Source: Chiloscyllium plagiosum (lineage: Eukaryota). From it: a stretch of DNA of 64,000 nucleotides. A program made the translations under genes and the position numbers. The DNA lies in the NCBI RefSeq assembly GCF_004010195.1, contig NC_057718.1, forward strand, positions 42,006,444 to 42,070,443. Reading direction: 5' to 3'. This document shows positions 39,101 to 51,888 of the stretch, piece by piece (position 1 is the first letter of the stretch; each line of letters starts with the position of its first letter). The notes beneath the pieces were generated by a model. It was not told where the DNA came from. It made no database searches and saw only the letters and a list, made by a program, of their open reading frames with translations.

Positions 39101-41827
39101 TCCTTTAACCCCATTCATGGTGCCTGGTTATTTTACAGTCCAGTGAGGTGCTTTGGAGTATTTTACTACATTAAAGGTACTATATAGGTAAAGGCAACTT
39201 TTGTTGCTGCAATTTTTGTTACTGCTCAAATAAATGCACATTCAAATTACAAACTGCTGAACTTTAACACAATATCAATCAGCACTTTTAAAGCATTGAT
39301 GGGAAATTATTGTCACATGATAATATTGTATGAACCTTCAGTGTGTTTGCATAAAAATCCTCTGTCTGCTATGTTAACAGAAATGCTCAGTGAAACCACA
39401 GGAAAGCACATGGAGGAATTTAATACAAGTATGTTAACATATGTATGAAATCACAATTTCCAGGCCAATATTGCTTCAAAAAGATTGACCCCTTGTGAAT
39501 TCTGGGAAGGATTGGTTTTAAATGTTATTTATATTCCATTGCAGCAATTTGTTTTATGTCCTTAATCAGTGGAATGACTAGAATTTATAAAATTGATCAT
39601 TTAATTACTGGAGACAGTGACTTTGTGATAATGCACTACCTACAGCAGTCTTCTTTATTATATGAAATTAATATTTAAAAATCAGTAATTAACAGGCTAT
39701 ATCTTCAAATAATTATTTATAATTTTATCTGAAATAAACTCTGGCCAGTTTTGGCCATTTGGATTTATTCATTAATGTTAATAACAGAACCAATCTGCTG
39801 TAAACAATATGCATTGCAATCATTTATTTATATCTTTCAATTTGGAAATATTATACCACCAAAAGAAGTTCATGTTTATTTATATTTGGAAGAGTGAAAG
39901 TCCTGTGCATTATTAAAAGAGCATGGGAAGTAGCTGGAAACGTTATATCACAAAGTCACAGTCATAGAGGTCTACAGCACAGCAAAAGGCCCTTTGGCCC
40001 ATTGATTCTGCACCAGTCAAAGACAGCTACCTAACTATTCTAATCTCATTTTTCAGCACTTGGCCCATAGCCTTGTATGTTTTGGCTTCACAAGTGTACA
40101 TGTAAATACAACTTAAATGTTATGAGGGTTTCTGCCTCTACGTCTTTACAGGCAGTAAGTTCCAGATTCCTACCACCTTCTGAGCGAAAAGCAATTTCCT
40201 AATCCTCTAAACTTCCAGCCTTTTCCCTTAAATTTGTGCCTCCCGCTCATTGATTTCTCCATTGAGGGAAATGCTTCTTTCTGTCTCTACTTTCTATGCC
40301 CTTCATGATTTTGTATATCTTGATCATGTCTCCCCCCGCACCCCCCCACCCCTCCCCATCCCACCTCAGTCTCCTCTGCTCCAAGGAAAACAATCCCAGT
40401 CTCTTCATTTTTCTTCATAACTCTCCATCCCAGGCAACATCCTGGTAATCTCCTCTGCATCCTTTGAATGCAATCCCATCTCTCCTATAATGTGGATTCC
40501 AGAAATACACACAATACTCAAGTTGTGACCTAATCAATGTTTAATACAGTTCCAACATAAGCTCTCTGCTCTTAAACTCTATGCTTTCGCTAAAGAAGGT
40601 ATGTATTTCATATGCCTTCTTAACCACTTTATCTACCTTAAGGGACCAGTGGACTGCTGATCCTCAATGCTTCTCACGATTCTGCTATTCATTAAGTATT
40701 TTCTTGCCAAGTGCATCACCTCACACTTATGTGTATTGAATTCCATTTGCCACTGGTCAGTCTGACCAGCCTGTCTACATCTACTTGTAATCTCAGACTG
40801 TCCTCCTCACTATTTACCACCCAATTTTCATTTCATCCACAAACTAATTGATCAACCCTTCTACATTCAAATCTAAATTAGTTACATATACCACAAACAG
40901 CAAAGACTCCAATTCTAATTCTTCCAGAATCCCACTGAATACAGCTTCCAGTCACAAAAACAGCCTTTGACCATCACCCACTGCTTCTTGCCAAATCTGG
41001 ATCCAATTCACAGATCTCCTTGGATTCCATAGGCTCATACCTTCACTGTCAGTCACCCTGCAGTTGCTTATCAAAATCATTGTCGAAATCCAAGTAGACT
41101 ACATTAAATACATTTTCCTTATCTGCACACCTGGTCACCTTTTTGAAGAATTCAATCAAGTTTGTAAGCCATGACCTCCCCTTAAAAAAACTATGCTGAC
41201 TCTTCTTGACTAATCCCTGACTCTCCAAATTCAGATTAATTCTGTCCCTCAGAATTGCCTCAAATAGTTTCCCCCTCACTGAAGTTGCACTGTGGACCTA
41301 TGTTTCCTGGTTTAATCCTTGTTCCCTTTTTGAATAATGGTACCACATTGGCAGCCATCCAGTCCTCTGACACCTCTCCTGTGACCAGAGAGGAATTGCA
41401 AATTATTGCCAGCACTCCTGCAGTTTCCTCCCTTGCATTACTCCATAGCTTGGGATTCATTTCATCTGCACCTGAAGATTAGTTTACCTGTAAACCTGCA
41501 AGACCACTCAGAACCTCCTCTCTATTTATGCTAATTTATTTAAATATATCTCAGGCCTCTTCCTGATTTCTATAATCACACATCCCTTACACAAATGAAC
41601 ACTGACACAAAGTATTCAAACCCTACCTACATCCTCCAGCTCCTTGCAAAAATTACCATTGTGGTCCTTAATGGGCCCTAGTTCATTCCCTAGTTATCCT
41701 TTTACCCTTAATGTGCTTGTAAAATAACTTTGGATTTTCCTTAATTTAACTTGTCATTTTTCTTTCATGCTTGCATTTTGCTCTCCTACTTTCCTTTTTA
41801 AGTTTCCCTTTACAAATTCTGCACTAG

Positions 41828-43427
41828 GAGAAAGTGATGTCTGCAGATGCTGGAGATCAAAGTTGAAACTTTATTGCTGGAACAGCACAGCAGGTCAGGC
41901 AGCATCCAGGGAACAGGAGATTCGACGTTTCGGGCACAGGCCCTTCTTCAGGAATGAGCAGAGAGTGTTCAGCAGGAGAAGATAAAAGGTAGGGAGGAGG
42001 GACTTGGAGGAGGGGCGTTGGAAATGTGATAGGTGGAAAGAGGTCAAGGTGAGGGTGATAGGTCGGAGTAGGATGGAGGCGGAGAGGTCAACAAGAAGAC
42101 TGCAGGTCAGGAAGGCGGAGCCGGGCTGGAGGGATTCGGCTGAGACAAGGTGGGGGGAGGGGGGATGAAGAAACTGGTGAAGTCCAAGTTCATCCCCTGT
42201 GGTTGGAGGGTTCCCAGTCGGAAGATAAGACGCTCCTCCTCCGACCGTCACGTTGTTGTGGTTTGGCGGTGGATGAGTCCAATGACCTGCATATCCTCGG
42301 TGGAGTGGGAGGGGGAGTTAATGGTCATCTTAGTTTCACTTCCTCTTTCATTCTTTCACACATTGATCATTTTATAAGTTTGTCCCCCTTACAACAGCTT
42401 GTTCCTTTTATCTAACTAAGTTCATAGACCTTTATCAAGGTGAGATGGCATCAATAATCAATTGATGCATCTGTTTAAAATCTGCAGTGGCACTTCCTAG
42501 TGATTAACAATTATTGCAATGGATGCGACTTAATGTTGTTCAAAATGTATTAATTTCCTTTTAACATAAGAACCATATCTAACTGGACAGTAACTGTTAT
42601 TATCCATTACAAGTTAACACTCAAAATAACCACAGAAACAAGACCATTCTAAAGCGCACTGAAATGTGACCTGTGTAAAAGCCTTTGTACCTCAAAAGAG
42701 TTTCCTCATTTGTCTTCTGATTAGCAACCATAAACTGTGTCTCTTCTCTTCAGAAGGCTGGACAGAATAGATGAAGGGATGATGTTTCCCCTGGCTGGGG
42801 AACAGAGACCAGAATGAGGAAAACAGTCTCAGGAGAGGTCTTGTTTATGCAGTTGGCAATCTTGGACTCAGTTGAAGAGAAATGTCTTCACTCAGAGGGT
42901 GGTGAAACTATGGAATTCTCTACCACCATTGAAGCCAAGTCCCTGAATATACTTAAGAAAGAAATAGATTTCAAGAGGCTAAACATGTTAAGGATATGAG
43001 GAGGGATTGAGAGTATGGTGGGGTTGTTTGAATGGTGTGTTCCTGAATCTGTTTTCCATATTTCTATGTTACAATGTTCATTTCAGTTAGAAAATAGCAA
43101 TCAAACCATGAACATTAATTATGATCTAGATATGGATATATTCCCTATGGAAGTTATTAAACAACTAACCATAATGTCGGAATATAATTTAATTTCTCAC
43201 CTTGAGCCCAGTCGAAGGAGGGTGTCGGTGGAAGGGTACTGGGTGGTACGGCGGGAAAGGAAGAAGCGGAGTGCTTTGAGTCCTTCGTGATGGGGGATGG
43301 AGGTGTACAGGGACTGGATGTCCATGGTGAAGATGAGGCGTTGGGGACCGGGGAAGCGGAAATCCTGGAGGAGGTGGAGGGCGTGGGTGGTGTCACGAAC
43401 GTAGGTGGGGAGTTCTTGGACTAGTTC
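41828..43427 (-). mobile_element. Penelope-like element (Neptune-like) with its interior replaced by foreign DNA
   Basis: 43200-43425 encodes LPTYVRDTTHAL...LIFTMDIQSLYTSIPH (RT). 42170-42319 encodes EEERLIFRLGTLQPQGMNLDF (GIY-YIG C-terminus). 9-bp TSD CTGCACTAG at 41819-41827 and 43428-43436. Confidence 0.85.
41920..41955 (-). ncRNA. Minimal type I hammerhead ribozyme in the PLE 3' end
   Basis: ATTC-CTGAAGA-A-GGGC-CTGT-GCCC-GAAA-CG-TC-GAAT, with a perfect 4-bp stem I (ATTC/GAAT) and stem II. Confidence 0.85.
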
Positions 43428-43634
43428 CTGCACTAGTCAAAGCATTCTGCTGTTTTGAGCCTTTGGTTTCTGCCATAAGGCTCCCTTTTCCAATTCTGTA
43501 TATCTCTTGATATCCAAGGTTTATTGGATTAGTTGGTTCCATTCTTTATCATTATTGGAACATGTTGGCCCGATGACTCTCTCTTTTTCCTACTTGATGT
43601 GTCCTTTCGCTCTTACACAGATTTAGTTTAAAGT

Positions 43635-43868
43635 GAAGCACAAACAGAAGTTGCTGGAGATACTCAGCAGGCTTGGCAGCATTTGTGGAGAGAAAGCAGA
43701 GCTAATGTTTCAGATCCAGTGTCTTAGAAACTCAGAAGGTCTGGCAGCATTTGTGGAGAGAAAGCAGGGTTAATGCTTCAGATCCAGTGACCCAGACCTG
43801 CTGAGTTTCTTCAGCAAATTCAGTATTTGTTTCACATTTATAGCATTTGCAGTTCTTTGCTATTTGTT
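43635..43868. mobile_element. PLE-derived family 2 insertion (tandem plus inverted arms)
   Basis: TGGCAGCATTTGTGGAGAGAAAGCAG...TTCAGATCCAGTG occurs twice, followed by an inverted CCTGCTGAGTTTCTTCAGCAA arm. Related to 9654-9816. Confidence 0.7.
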
Positions 43869-44434
43869 TACCTCAGAGTGTCTGCTTGCAGTCCACTCAT
43901 GACTGAGCCTTCTCCGAGTCTAGACTTTTAATTTTAGGCCCATCCTTGTCCTTTTCCATAGCAACCTTGAATTTAACAGAGTTATAATCATGATATGTAA
44001 AATGCTGTCCTACTGATGCTTCAAACATTTGCCTGGCTTCATTAAATCCAGAATCATATCACCAATTCCCCCTTTCCTCGTCCTCTTGTAGGGCCTTCTA
44101 TGTACCTCCTTATAAAATGCTCCTAGATGCATTTTAAGAATTATGCCCCCCTCTAAACCTTTCACTCTATCACTACCCCATTTAATGTTGGTGAAGTTGA
44201 AATCCCCTCCTATCGGTGTCCTATTATTTTTACCTTTCATTGAAATTTGCCTGCACATCAGCTCTTCTAGTTCACATGGACTGCCGGGGATCCTACAATA
44301 CATTCCCAAAAATACAATTGCTCCACTATACATGGGTCTACATTTGAGGAGCCTTCTAAATTGTGATCCCTCCTTACTGCACAACTAGGTCAGCAAGGTC
44401 ACAGTAAATCAGCTCTCCTGCACATATTTTTAAT

Positions 44435-44533
44435 CAACCCTTTTAGACACATTGCAACACATATCAGGGGCAGTTAGGATTTGAACATAAGCCTCCTAAC
44501 TCAGAAATAGGGACACTAAGACTGTGCCACAAA
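44435..44533 (-). mobile_element. tRNA-derived SINE head fragment
   Basis: Minus strand TGTGGCACAGTCTTAG...TCTGAGTTAGGAGGCTTATGTTCAAATCC has A- and B-box-like motifs. Confidence 0.5.
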
Positions 44534-44562
44534 AGTCTTCATCTCTTCTGGAATGTGATGAT

Positions 44563-46140
44563 TGTAACTCTGTGAGCAACCACCAGAACCTCAAGTATCA
44601 TTTTCAAGATCAAGATTCACAATATATAAGAAAACTAATAAGAAAATACAATCTATACTGTAGGAGCGAGATCACTCAACCAGGGACAAAGACTCAGGAG
44701 GGAAACAGGATTCAGGTACGTAGTGGACTTCTATTCAAGAATAAATTGATTAATGCAGGGAGATGGACAAAGGATCATCCCCAAATCTGACTTTGACATG
44801 AGATCACAATTGTCCTCTTAATCTTCAACTCAGATTGGAAGAGAGATCAATGACGCTCTCTGATTTTTATAGTAAAAAGCAGGATTTTTATACATTTTGT
44901 GTTACAATAATCATACACAACGTGGTTACTGTGCCCTCCCCTCCCCCCCCATCATGGGACCCAATCCTATAAAACACCTGATCAATGATGGGCATCCCTA
45001 TAGTCTACCTTACGTTCCCTTAGTCTTTTAACAATTATTGTAATCTCTAGGCCTTGGGATCTTTCTATATTGCATTCCAAAGTCACTGGCTGTTCTCTTT
45101 TGGTCATGTCCCTAGTTTGTTTAACTCTGAGGAATGTTTGAATTCTGTTGTTCATTGTACTTGCTATCTCTATAAAATTTCATTATTTCTTTTTATATAA
45201 AAGACAGTTGGTTCTGTTATAAAATTTGTAACATTAAAATTTTATAATTACTCCTATTATTAATACTCTTCGGCTAATGAGACAAGATATGCCAGGTATC
45301 TCTTTAATGTTTTTCCGTAGGATTTTCATTATAAAGTTTTATAATTACATTGAAATCTATCTCTCTGATTATTTAAAGAATCTTTATCTAGAACCTATTA
45401 ATATTGTAAATAATTTTAAAGAAACAGCTAATTTCTGGAAGATAGGTTTAGCTGCTTTTTTTTTGGCTGAACACATCCTTTCCTTCGTGTGACTGGAATT
45501 AATTACTTGTTGTAATTTAGTGATCTTTCAAAATTTTTTATGAGTTACAATTCCATTATTTCTTCTATGTTTGTTGCAAATCTTCCAAATGTTCTTCTTT
45601 GAATTTTTGCATTCTTTGGAATCTTGCCATTCAGATAATGCTTTCTTTTGCTTCAGGATAACCCCTTTCTCAAAGGCACCTTTTTTTTCACTTAAATGCT
45701 GAAGTAAGCTTTTTAAATTTCAGCCATTTTGTGGCTGTTAACTTATGGCAGTTCAAGCAGGCTTTTCTTTAAATTCAGGTCATTTTGTGCCTCTTAAAAA
45801 TAGGAGCAGCTCCAACATATACCCACATATTGGAATTACTCAAAGCATAAATCTCTTTCATTTTAACATTAAAGGCCTGGTAATGAGTACTGGTGATACT
45901 GCACAATTCTTCACCATTCATATGATTGTCATTTGTTAGCTGTTTAATCTGTTTGTTTTAAATTGGACTATTATATCTTGAAGTAACAGATTCAGGGACA
46001 GTGATTGCTACCCCAAGTTTATCCATAAAAATGCAAAATCATAGCATCTCCCAAAGATTTGAGGCCCAAAATTCTATGAGGCCTATCAATGAGGGTCAAA
46101 GTAGCACTTACCAAATCTGCCACTGACGCCAGAATCGTCT
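44563..46140 (-). mobile_element. Possible decayed LTR/ERV-like element (LTR, PPT, gag trace, PBS)
   Basis: TGTAAC...GTTACA ends at 44563-44906; purine tract at about 44935-44950; tRNA-Ser-like PBS TGGCGTCAGTGGCAGATT at about 46117-46134, followed by GTAAGT. No matching second LTR and no clear TSD. Confidence 0.35.
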
Positions 46141-48793
46141 GACTTACATTAAACTGCTAGAAAAGTCAATTTAATTTTATGAACTTTTAGTTAATATTTT
46201 ATGTGTTTTTTGAATGATAACTATTTTTGTACATTAAATAAACTTGTATTTAGAACTTCTGGAGAAAATTGCCTTACCCTAACACTGCTAGAAAGTCAGA
46301 CATTTACAGGATTTAAAAAGAGCAGGGACAGAAAAGAAAAGGTAATTTTGTATGAGACTGTAAAGTTCTGAAGAGTTAATGCTAAGGAGTACATTAAGCA
46401 CTGGCCATGATATTTATATCATTTGGACTCAGGCAGTGAAACAACTTAGGACCTTAAAGGAGTAAGAAGACATAACATTGAGGTTTCCCTCTGTCTTGGT
46501 AGCAATGGCTATCATATCAATATAATTTGTACCTAGTTGCTATCATGTAATAATCTAAAGATTATTTAAGACAAGTGTCCCTTCTAGTTTTCCTCTGCCA
46601 GATAAGATCAAACAGGAAAGAAACTGATGACAACATTCTACCAGATGCACCTTACACCACGATGAGCTGTGGTGAGTATCCATTACACAACATAAAGGGC
46701 TGATAACCACCAGTTTATGACCTATCAAGCTGTTTGGTCTTAAAAGAGCACTGCTCCTAAGACTATAGCTAAATTATTATCACTTTTCATTAAAGTAAGA
46801 GGGAGGCAGAAACATAACTGCCCATAGTAAATGCTCAATAAGGGGGATCTCTACTTATTAGTGCAGTACTCCCATTGTGTGACAAAATCTCAGCAGAGTA
46901 GTATCTAGCACAATAACACAGAAACCAAGACAGAAGGCTCACATGAGCTGTACTTCTCTTAAAGCAGAGGCTGCTGAAAATAGTTTGAGTGGTGCTGAGG
47001 AATATACAGCTACGATGATTGGAGAGTCATGGGCCAGGAATTCCATGCAAGTAAAAGGTCACTGGATTCAAAACATCATCTCTGCTTTCTCCCTCCACAG
47101 ATACCACCATGTTGGAGTTCTCCAGCATCCACAATAGTATGAGTGGATGACTTCACACTAATCCACATTATGGTCCATCTGCCGCATTCTTATTGATTCA
47201 CTCAACCCGTCTCTTTGTATTCTCCTCAGAAGCCATATTCCCACCAAGTTTTGTATAACCGCAAACTTGAAAATATTACAATGCTCCCATAACAAAATCA
47301 TTGACATGAACTTTGAATAGATGGGGACCAAAGCACAGATCCTTTTGGCACCACATGGCTCAGCGTGCCAACGTAAAAATAACCCATTTATTTCTTCCCT
47401 TTGTAGTCTGCTAATTAGCTCATCCTGAGTTCATGCTAACATATTGATCCCAATCCCATGTGCTATAATTTAGTTACTAACCTTTTGTCATCAAAGGGTT
47501 TCTGAAAATTCAAATACACCATGCATACTGCCTCTCCAGTATTGATTCTGCTAATAACTTGCTCAGAAAACTCTGTCAGGTTTTCTAAAAATGTTTTACC
47601 CTTCAAAAATTCATATTGATTCTGTATAATCAATTATTTTCCAAATATCCAGTAATGGCATCCTTCAGAATAGATTCCAGTACTTCCCCAACTACTGACA
47701 TCAAGTTAGGTGTCTGTTGTTCCCTATTTTGTCTCTCCCTTCTTTCTTAAACAGTGTGGTTACAGCACATATTTGATGGACTGAAGAGCCTTTTCCTGTG
47801 CTGTGGACCTCTAAGACTCTGACTATGACAATGCATCCACTATTTCTGTAGATGTGTCGTTCATCACTCAAGGGTGAAGTCATCATGTCACAGAGATTTG
47901 TGAATTTTCACTCCCATTATTTTCTTCAATTCTGTTCTTCTACTAAATTATTTTAGTCCCTCACTCTCACAAAACCGTTGGACTTTAATTATTTCAGAGA
48001 GATTTCTTGTATCTTCCTTAGTAAAAACAGATACAAAGTACTCATTTAGCTTCTCTGTCAATTCTTTTTGCAAATTCTGCTATCTTTGCCTGTAATATGC
48101 TTGCATTTGTTAACCTTTGCCTTTTTACAAATTTATAGAAGCCTTTGCAATCCTTTTCTATGTTACTTGCTATTTTATGTTCATATTCTATTCCCTCTGT
48201 CTTTTCTAATTTCTTTGGCTTCCTTTGTTGAATTCTATATTTTTCCCAGTCCTCAGGCTTACATTTTTTTCGCAACTTTATAATCCTGCTCCATTGATTA
48301 AATTCTTTAACTTCCCTTGTAACTTATGTCTCTCTCACTTTTCCTGCTGGGTATTTTTGTCTTTGGAGAATCAAGTGTTATTCTTTAAATACTAGCAATT
48401 GCATATCTATTATTATCTCTTTTAATGTATTTTTCATACCACATCAGCCAAATTCCTCCTCATACCTTTTTGATTGCCTTGTTTTGACGTAACATCAATG
48501 TTTGAGATTGAGCTGTATCTTTATCTTTATCAAATATAGTAGAAATTTCTATTATACCGTGGTCGCTATTCCCTTAAGGTTCTTTTACAACTAGATTATT
48601 AATTATTCCTTTATCGCTGCATAATACTAGATCTAAAATAACCAGTCCCTGAGTTGGTTCCTCAAAATGTTGGTGCAGAAAACTATATCAAGCAAATTTC
48701 AGGACATCTTTCCCTACAGCATTGGTGCTTATTAGATTTATCCAATCTATATGTAGATTGAAATCACTATGATTACTGTATTCCTTTTGCAAC

Positions 48794-49467
48794 TGTTACA
48801 ACACAGGGTAAACCCAACTACACAGAACAGCGCTATCCCATGCAGTAACTGTGAAACTTCGAGAGGCCAAGAAATAGTTAAAGTAAAAGTAACAACTTTA
48901 TTTCTTAAAGTATAACAGAGAATAATTAACTAACATCTATTTACAACTCCTTTTACTCACTTATCTTTTACTTTCCCTTCTATAATATTAATCCGATAAA
49001 ACTTCCCATATTAATATTTACCAAAATTTAATTTTTCAAATACCAGCCAGATGTTGAATCATCTTTTTTTCTTTGGGATTTCTGCTTCTCAGGTTACTGA
49101 TCGATAAAGGTACCTTTGAGAGAGCTATTTTTCAGGCAATCTTTTTACATGCTGCTGGCTTGGTAGTTCTCCTCTCAACTGTTCACTTTTCCCCAGTCTT
49201 ATACCCTCAGAGCATTGGATAGTGTCACTGGCTTTTAAGATTGTCAATATACTAAATCCAAACTGAATTAGAGTTTAGTGTTTGTTTTGGGGTACATTTA
49301 AACTGGTTGGCCTAATTCAAATCTGTTTTGTCTCCAGGCAACTAACTACCTTAGCTACCCCAGTAGCTGGAGTACATGCTACATTGTGTCTTATTGAGAA
49401 CACTTGGTACTGTCACTGCTAGCTTTTAACTCTCTTAAAGGTACAGTGCACCCACATCTTCATAACA
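48794..49467 (-). mobile_element. Solo LTR (about 674 bp)
   Basis: TGTTA...TAACA termini. On the minus strand CCAAT (about 49215), TATAA (about 49200) and AATAAA (about 48900) fall in the expected order. It interrupts the CR1; the TSD is not clear. Confidence 0.75.
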
Positions 49468-49591
49468 GTACATGCACCTCTAATTTCCTTACTTTTGTCA
49501 TAGACAGCATTAGATTTACTGTTTGATGACATACAAACCGCTCCTACCAATGTTTGCTCTAGTTGCTGTTTCTTAAGCGGCATGGTGGTCC

Positions 49592-49948
49592 GGGGGCAGC
49601 ATGGTGGCTCAGTGGTTAGCACTGCTGCCTTACAGTGCCAGGGACCTGAGTTCGATTCCAGCCTTAGGAGACTATCTGTGCGAAGTTTGCACATTCTCCC
49701 TGTGTCTGTGTGGATTTCATGCAGGTGCTCCGGTTTCCTCCCACAGTCCAAAAATGTGCACGTTAGTGAGTTGGCCATGCTGAATTGCCCATAGTGTTTA
49801 GGGATGTGTAGATTAGGTGCATTTGTCCTGGGAAATATAGAGTAATAGGATAAGGGAAAGGGTCTGGTTGGTATACTCTTCGGAAGCTTAGTGTGGACTT
49901 GTTGGGACAAATGGCCTGTTTCCACACTGTAGAGATTGTATGATTTAT
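49592..49948 (+). mobile_element. HE1-like SINE
   Basis: Homologous to the 32245 copy. Confidence 0.9.
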
Positions 49949-50325
49949 GATTAATTCCATCCACATTGAATATGTATCCTGTTCTTCCAACTGGCGTCCC
50001 TGTCTCACTGATACATTACCCTGTCCCTGTTACCAGCATACCCCACCTATATTGCCTTGTTGCCTGTTCATCCTATCAAATATCAAATACCCTTTAATAT
50101 TCAGTTCCCAATCTTGGTCACCCTACAGCCATATTTCAACAATGGTAATTAAATCATATCTTTTTACTTCTACTCATGCCATCTATTTTGTTGTGAATGC
50201 TGTATGCAATCAAGTAGAGTGCTATCATTCTGCAGTTTTTACATTATTTTGTAATCTTACTTTTGTTGTTTCTAGAATTTGCTTCGATCGCTTTCCATTT
50301 TCACTTTCACTTTCACCATTTATTG

Positions 50326-50517
50326 TTCTGCTTCTCAGGTTACTGATCGATGAAGGTATCTTTGAGAGAGCTATTTTTCAGGCAGTTTTTAAAATATGCT
50401 GCTAGCTTGGCAGTTCTCCTCTCAACTATTCAATTTCCCCCAGTCTTATACCCCCAAAGCATTGGATAGTGTAATCGGCTTTTAAGATTGTCAATAAATT
50501 AAATCCAAACTGAATTA
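50326..50517 (-). mobile_element. Partial second copy of the 48794 LTR
   Basis: About 190 bp highly similar to 49080-49270. Ends at the start of a SINE. Confidence 0.85.
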
Positions 50518-50840
50518 GGGGCGGCATGGTAGCTCAGTGGTTAGCACTACTGCCTCACAGCTCGATTCCCACCTTGGGTGACTGTCTGTGTGGAGTTTGC
50601 ACATTCTCCCCGTGTCTGCATGGGTTTCCTCTGGGCGCTCCGGTTTCCTTCCACAATCCAAAGATGTGCAGGTCAGGTAAATTGGCCACACTAAATTGTC
50701 CATAGTGTTAGGTGCATTAGTTAGGGTTAAATATAGGGTAGAGGAATGGATCTGGGTGGGTTACTCTTTGGAGGGTCAGTGTGGACTTGTTGGGCTGAAG
50801 GGCTTGTTTCAATACTGTACAGAATCTAATCTAATCTGAT
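50518..50840 (+). mobile_element. HE1-like SINE
   Basis: Homologous to the 32245 copy, with a small deletion in the head and an (AATCT)n tail. Confidence 0.9.
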
Positions 50841-51888
50841 CTCTTTTTGCTTCCCATAACCAGCTTTGTTTTTATTCCATTTGAATTCATGTCCCCACAC
50901 CTTGACAGGCTAGTTTAATCTCTCCTGACAACACTCACAAATATTTCCATAAAGATGTTACTCCCAGCCCTCCAAAAGTGTAATCAGTCCTCCTTGCGCT
51001 TGAAATCTAAAGTCTTCTTCTGCACCATTTTTCAAGTCACATGTTTATTCACTCAATCTTCCTTTCTCTATTCTCAACAGCAAGTCACACTGGCGGTAAT
51101 CCTGAGATTACTTCTTTGAGGTCCTGTATTACAGTCGCTTGCCTGGGTCCCAACATTCTGCTTTCTCATCTCTGTTTCTACCTATGTCAGGTGTGCACAT
51201 GTAGACCATGACCTTGGAGTTTCATGACCTCTAATGCTTTCCACAAGACATGCTGAGGTCCATTGTTTCCCTGGCCCAATACAATCTGTCCTCTCTAATT
51301 ATCATTGCTGCTGTTGCTTCAGCTACAGGCTTAGGAGCACTACTCTCTCAGAAGCAAAACAGTCAGATGTCATAAATCAGTGCACTGTGCCACAAGACAT
51401 TGTTGGACTCAGTGTGCAGTCATAGAGAAGGTGGCCCTGTTGGTTACATGAGCGAGAGATTTTTAGACTAAATCCTTGGCCTCTAAGTGTTCATTGTGCC
51501 CGTAAACAAGGAGTCTCCCTACTAAATGAGGAAAGGTTGGTAAAGGTACCTCCAGAAATACAGAAATTGTGACTGCCTTATGTGATTTCCTCTGAGACGA
51601 TATATGTACAGGGAAACATTATAAATGTAAGACTTAAGATGTGCTCTCTAGAGCTACAGCCCACTGTCATACTCAGCATGATGTGGAGATTGTCCCTGAA
51701 GTTGTGTTATATACACAGGCCATGTCAGCGTAATGGTCAGCAAGCCAAAATAGGCTCAAACAAATCTGGCAGGAAAAGCAGAGCAGACTCTTAACTTTCG
51801 TAACAAGATATAGTTTGTTGTATTTCAGTAACTAAACACAGATAATACTAACAGGCACACTAACTATTACTAAGAAAAGGTAGAGGTA

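Larger units (their letters stand above)
39952..44390 (-). mobile_element. CR1 LINE (endonuclease to 3' end), interrupted by PLE insertions
   Basis: GGDFNFTNIKW (APE); EDWMAANVVPLFKKG; SQHSFFKGRSWLTNLIEFF; VVYLDF. The reading frame is continuous across the 41828-43427 insertion. Confidence 0.88.
47140..51220 (-). mobile_element. Old CR1 LINE with nested LTR and SINE insertions
   Basis: PEDWEKYRIQQRKPKK...EYEHKIASNIEKDCKGFYKFVKR and TLFKKEGRDKIGN.R. An APE-like segment lies near 48600-48780. Confidence 0.75.

Noticed and set aside
49419..49964. 181-aa ORF and similar ORFs at 35861, 20153 and 50515
   Set aside because: These are chance frames through HE1-like SINEs.
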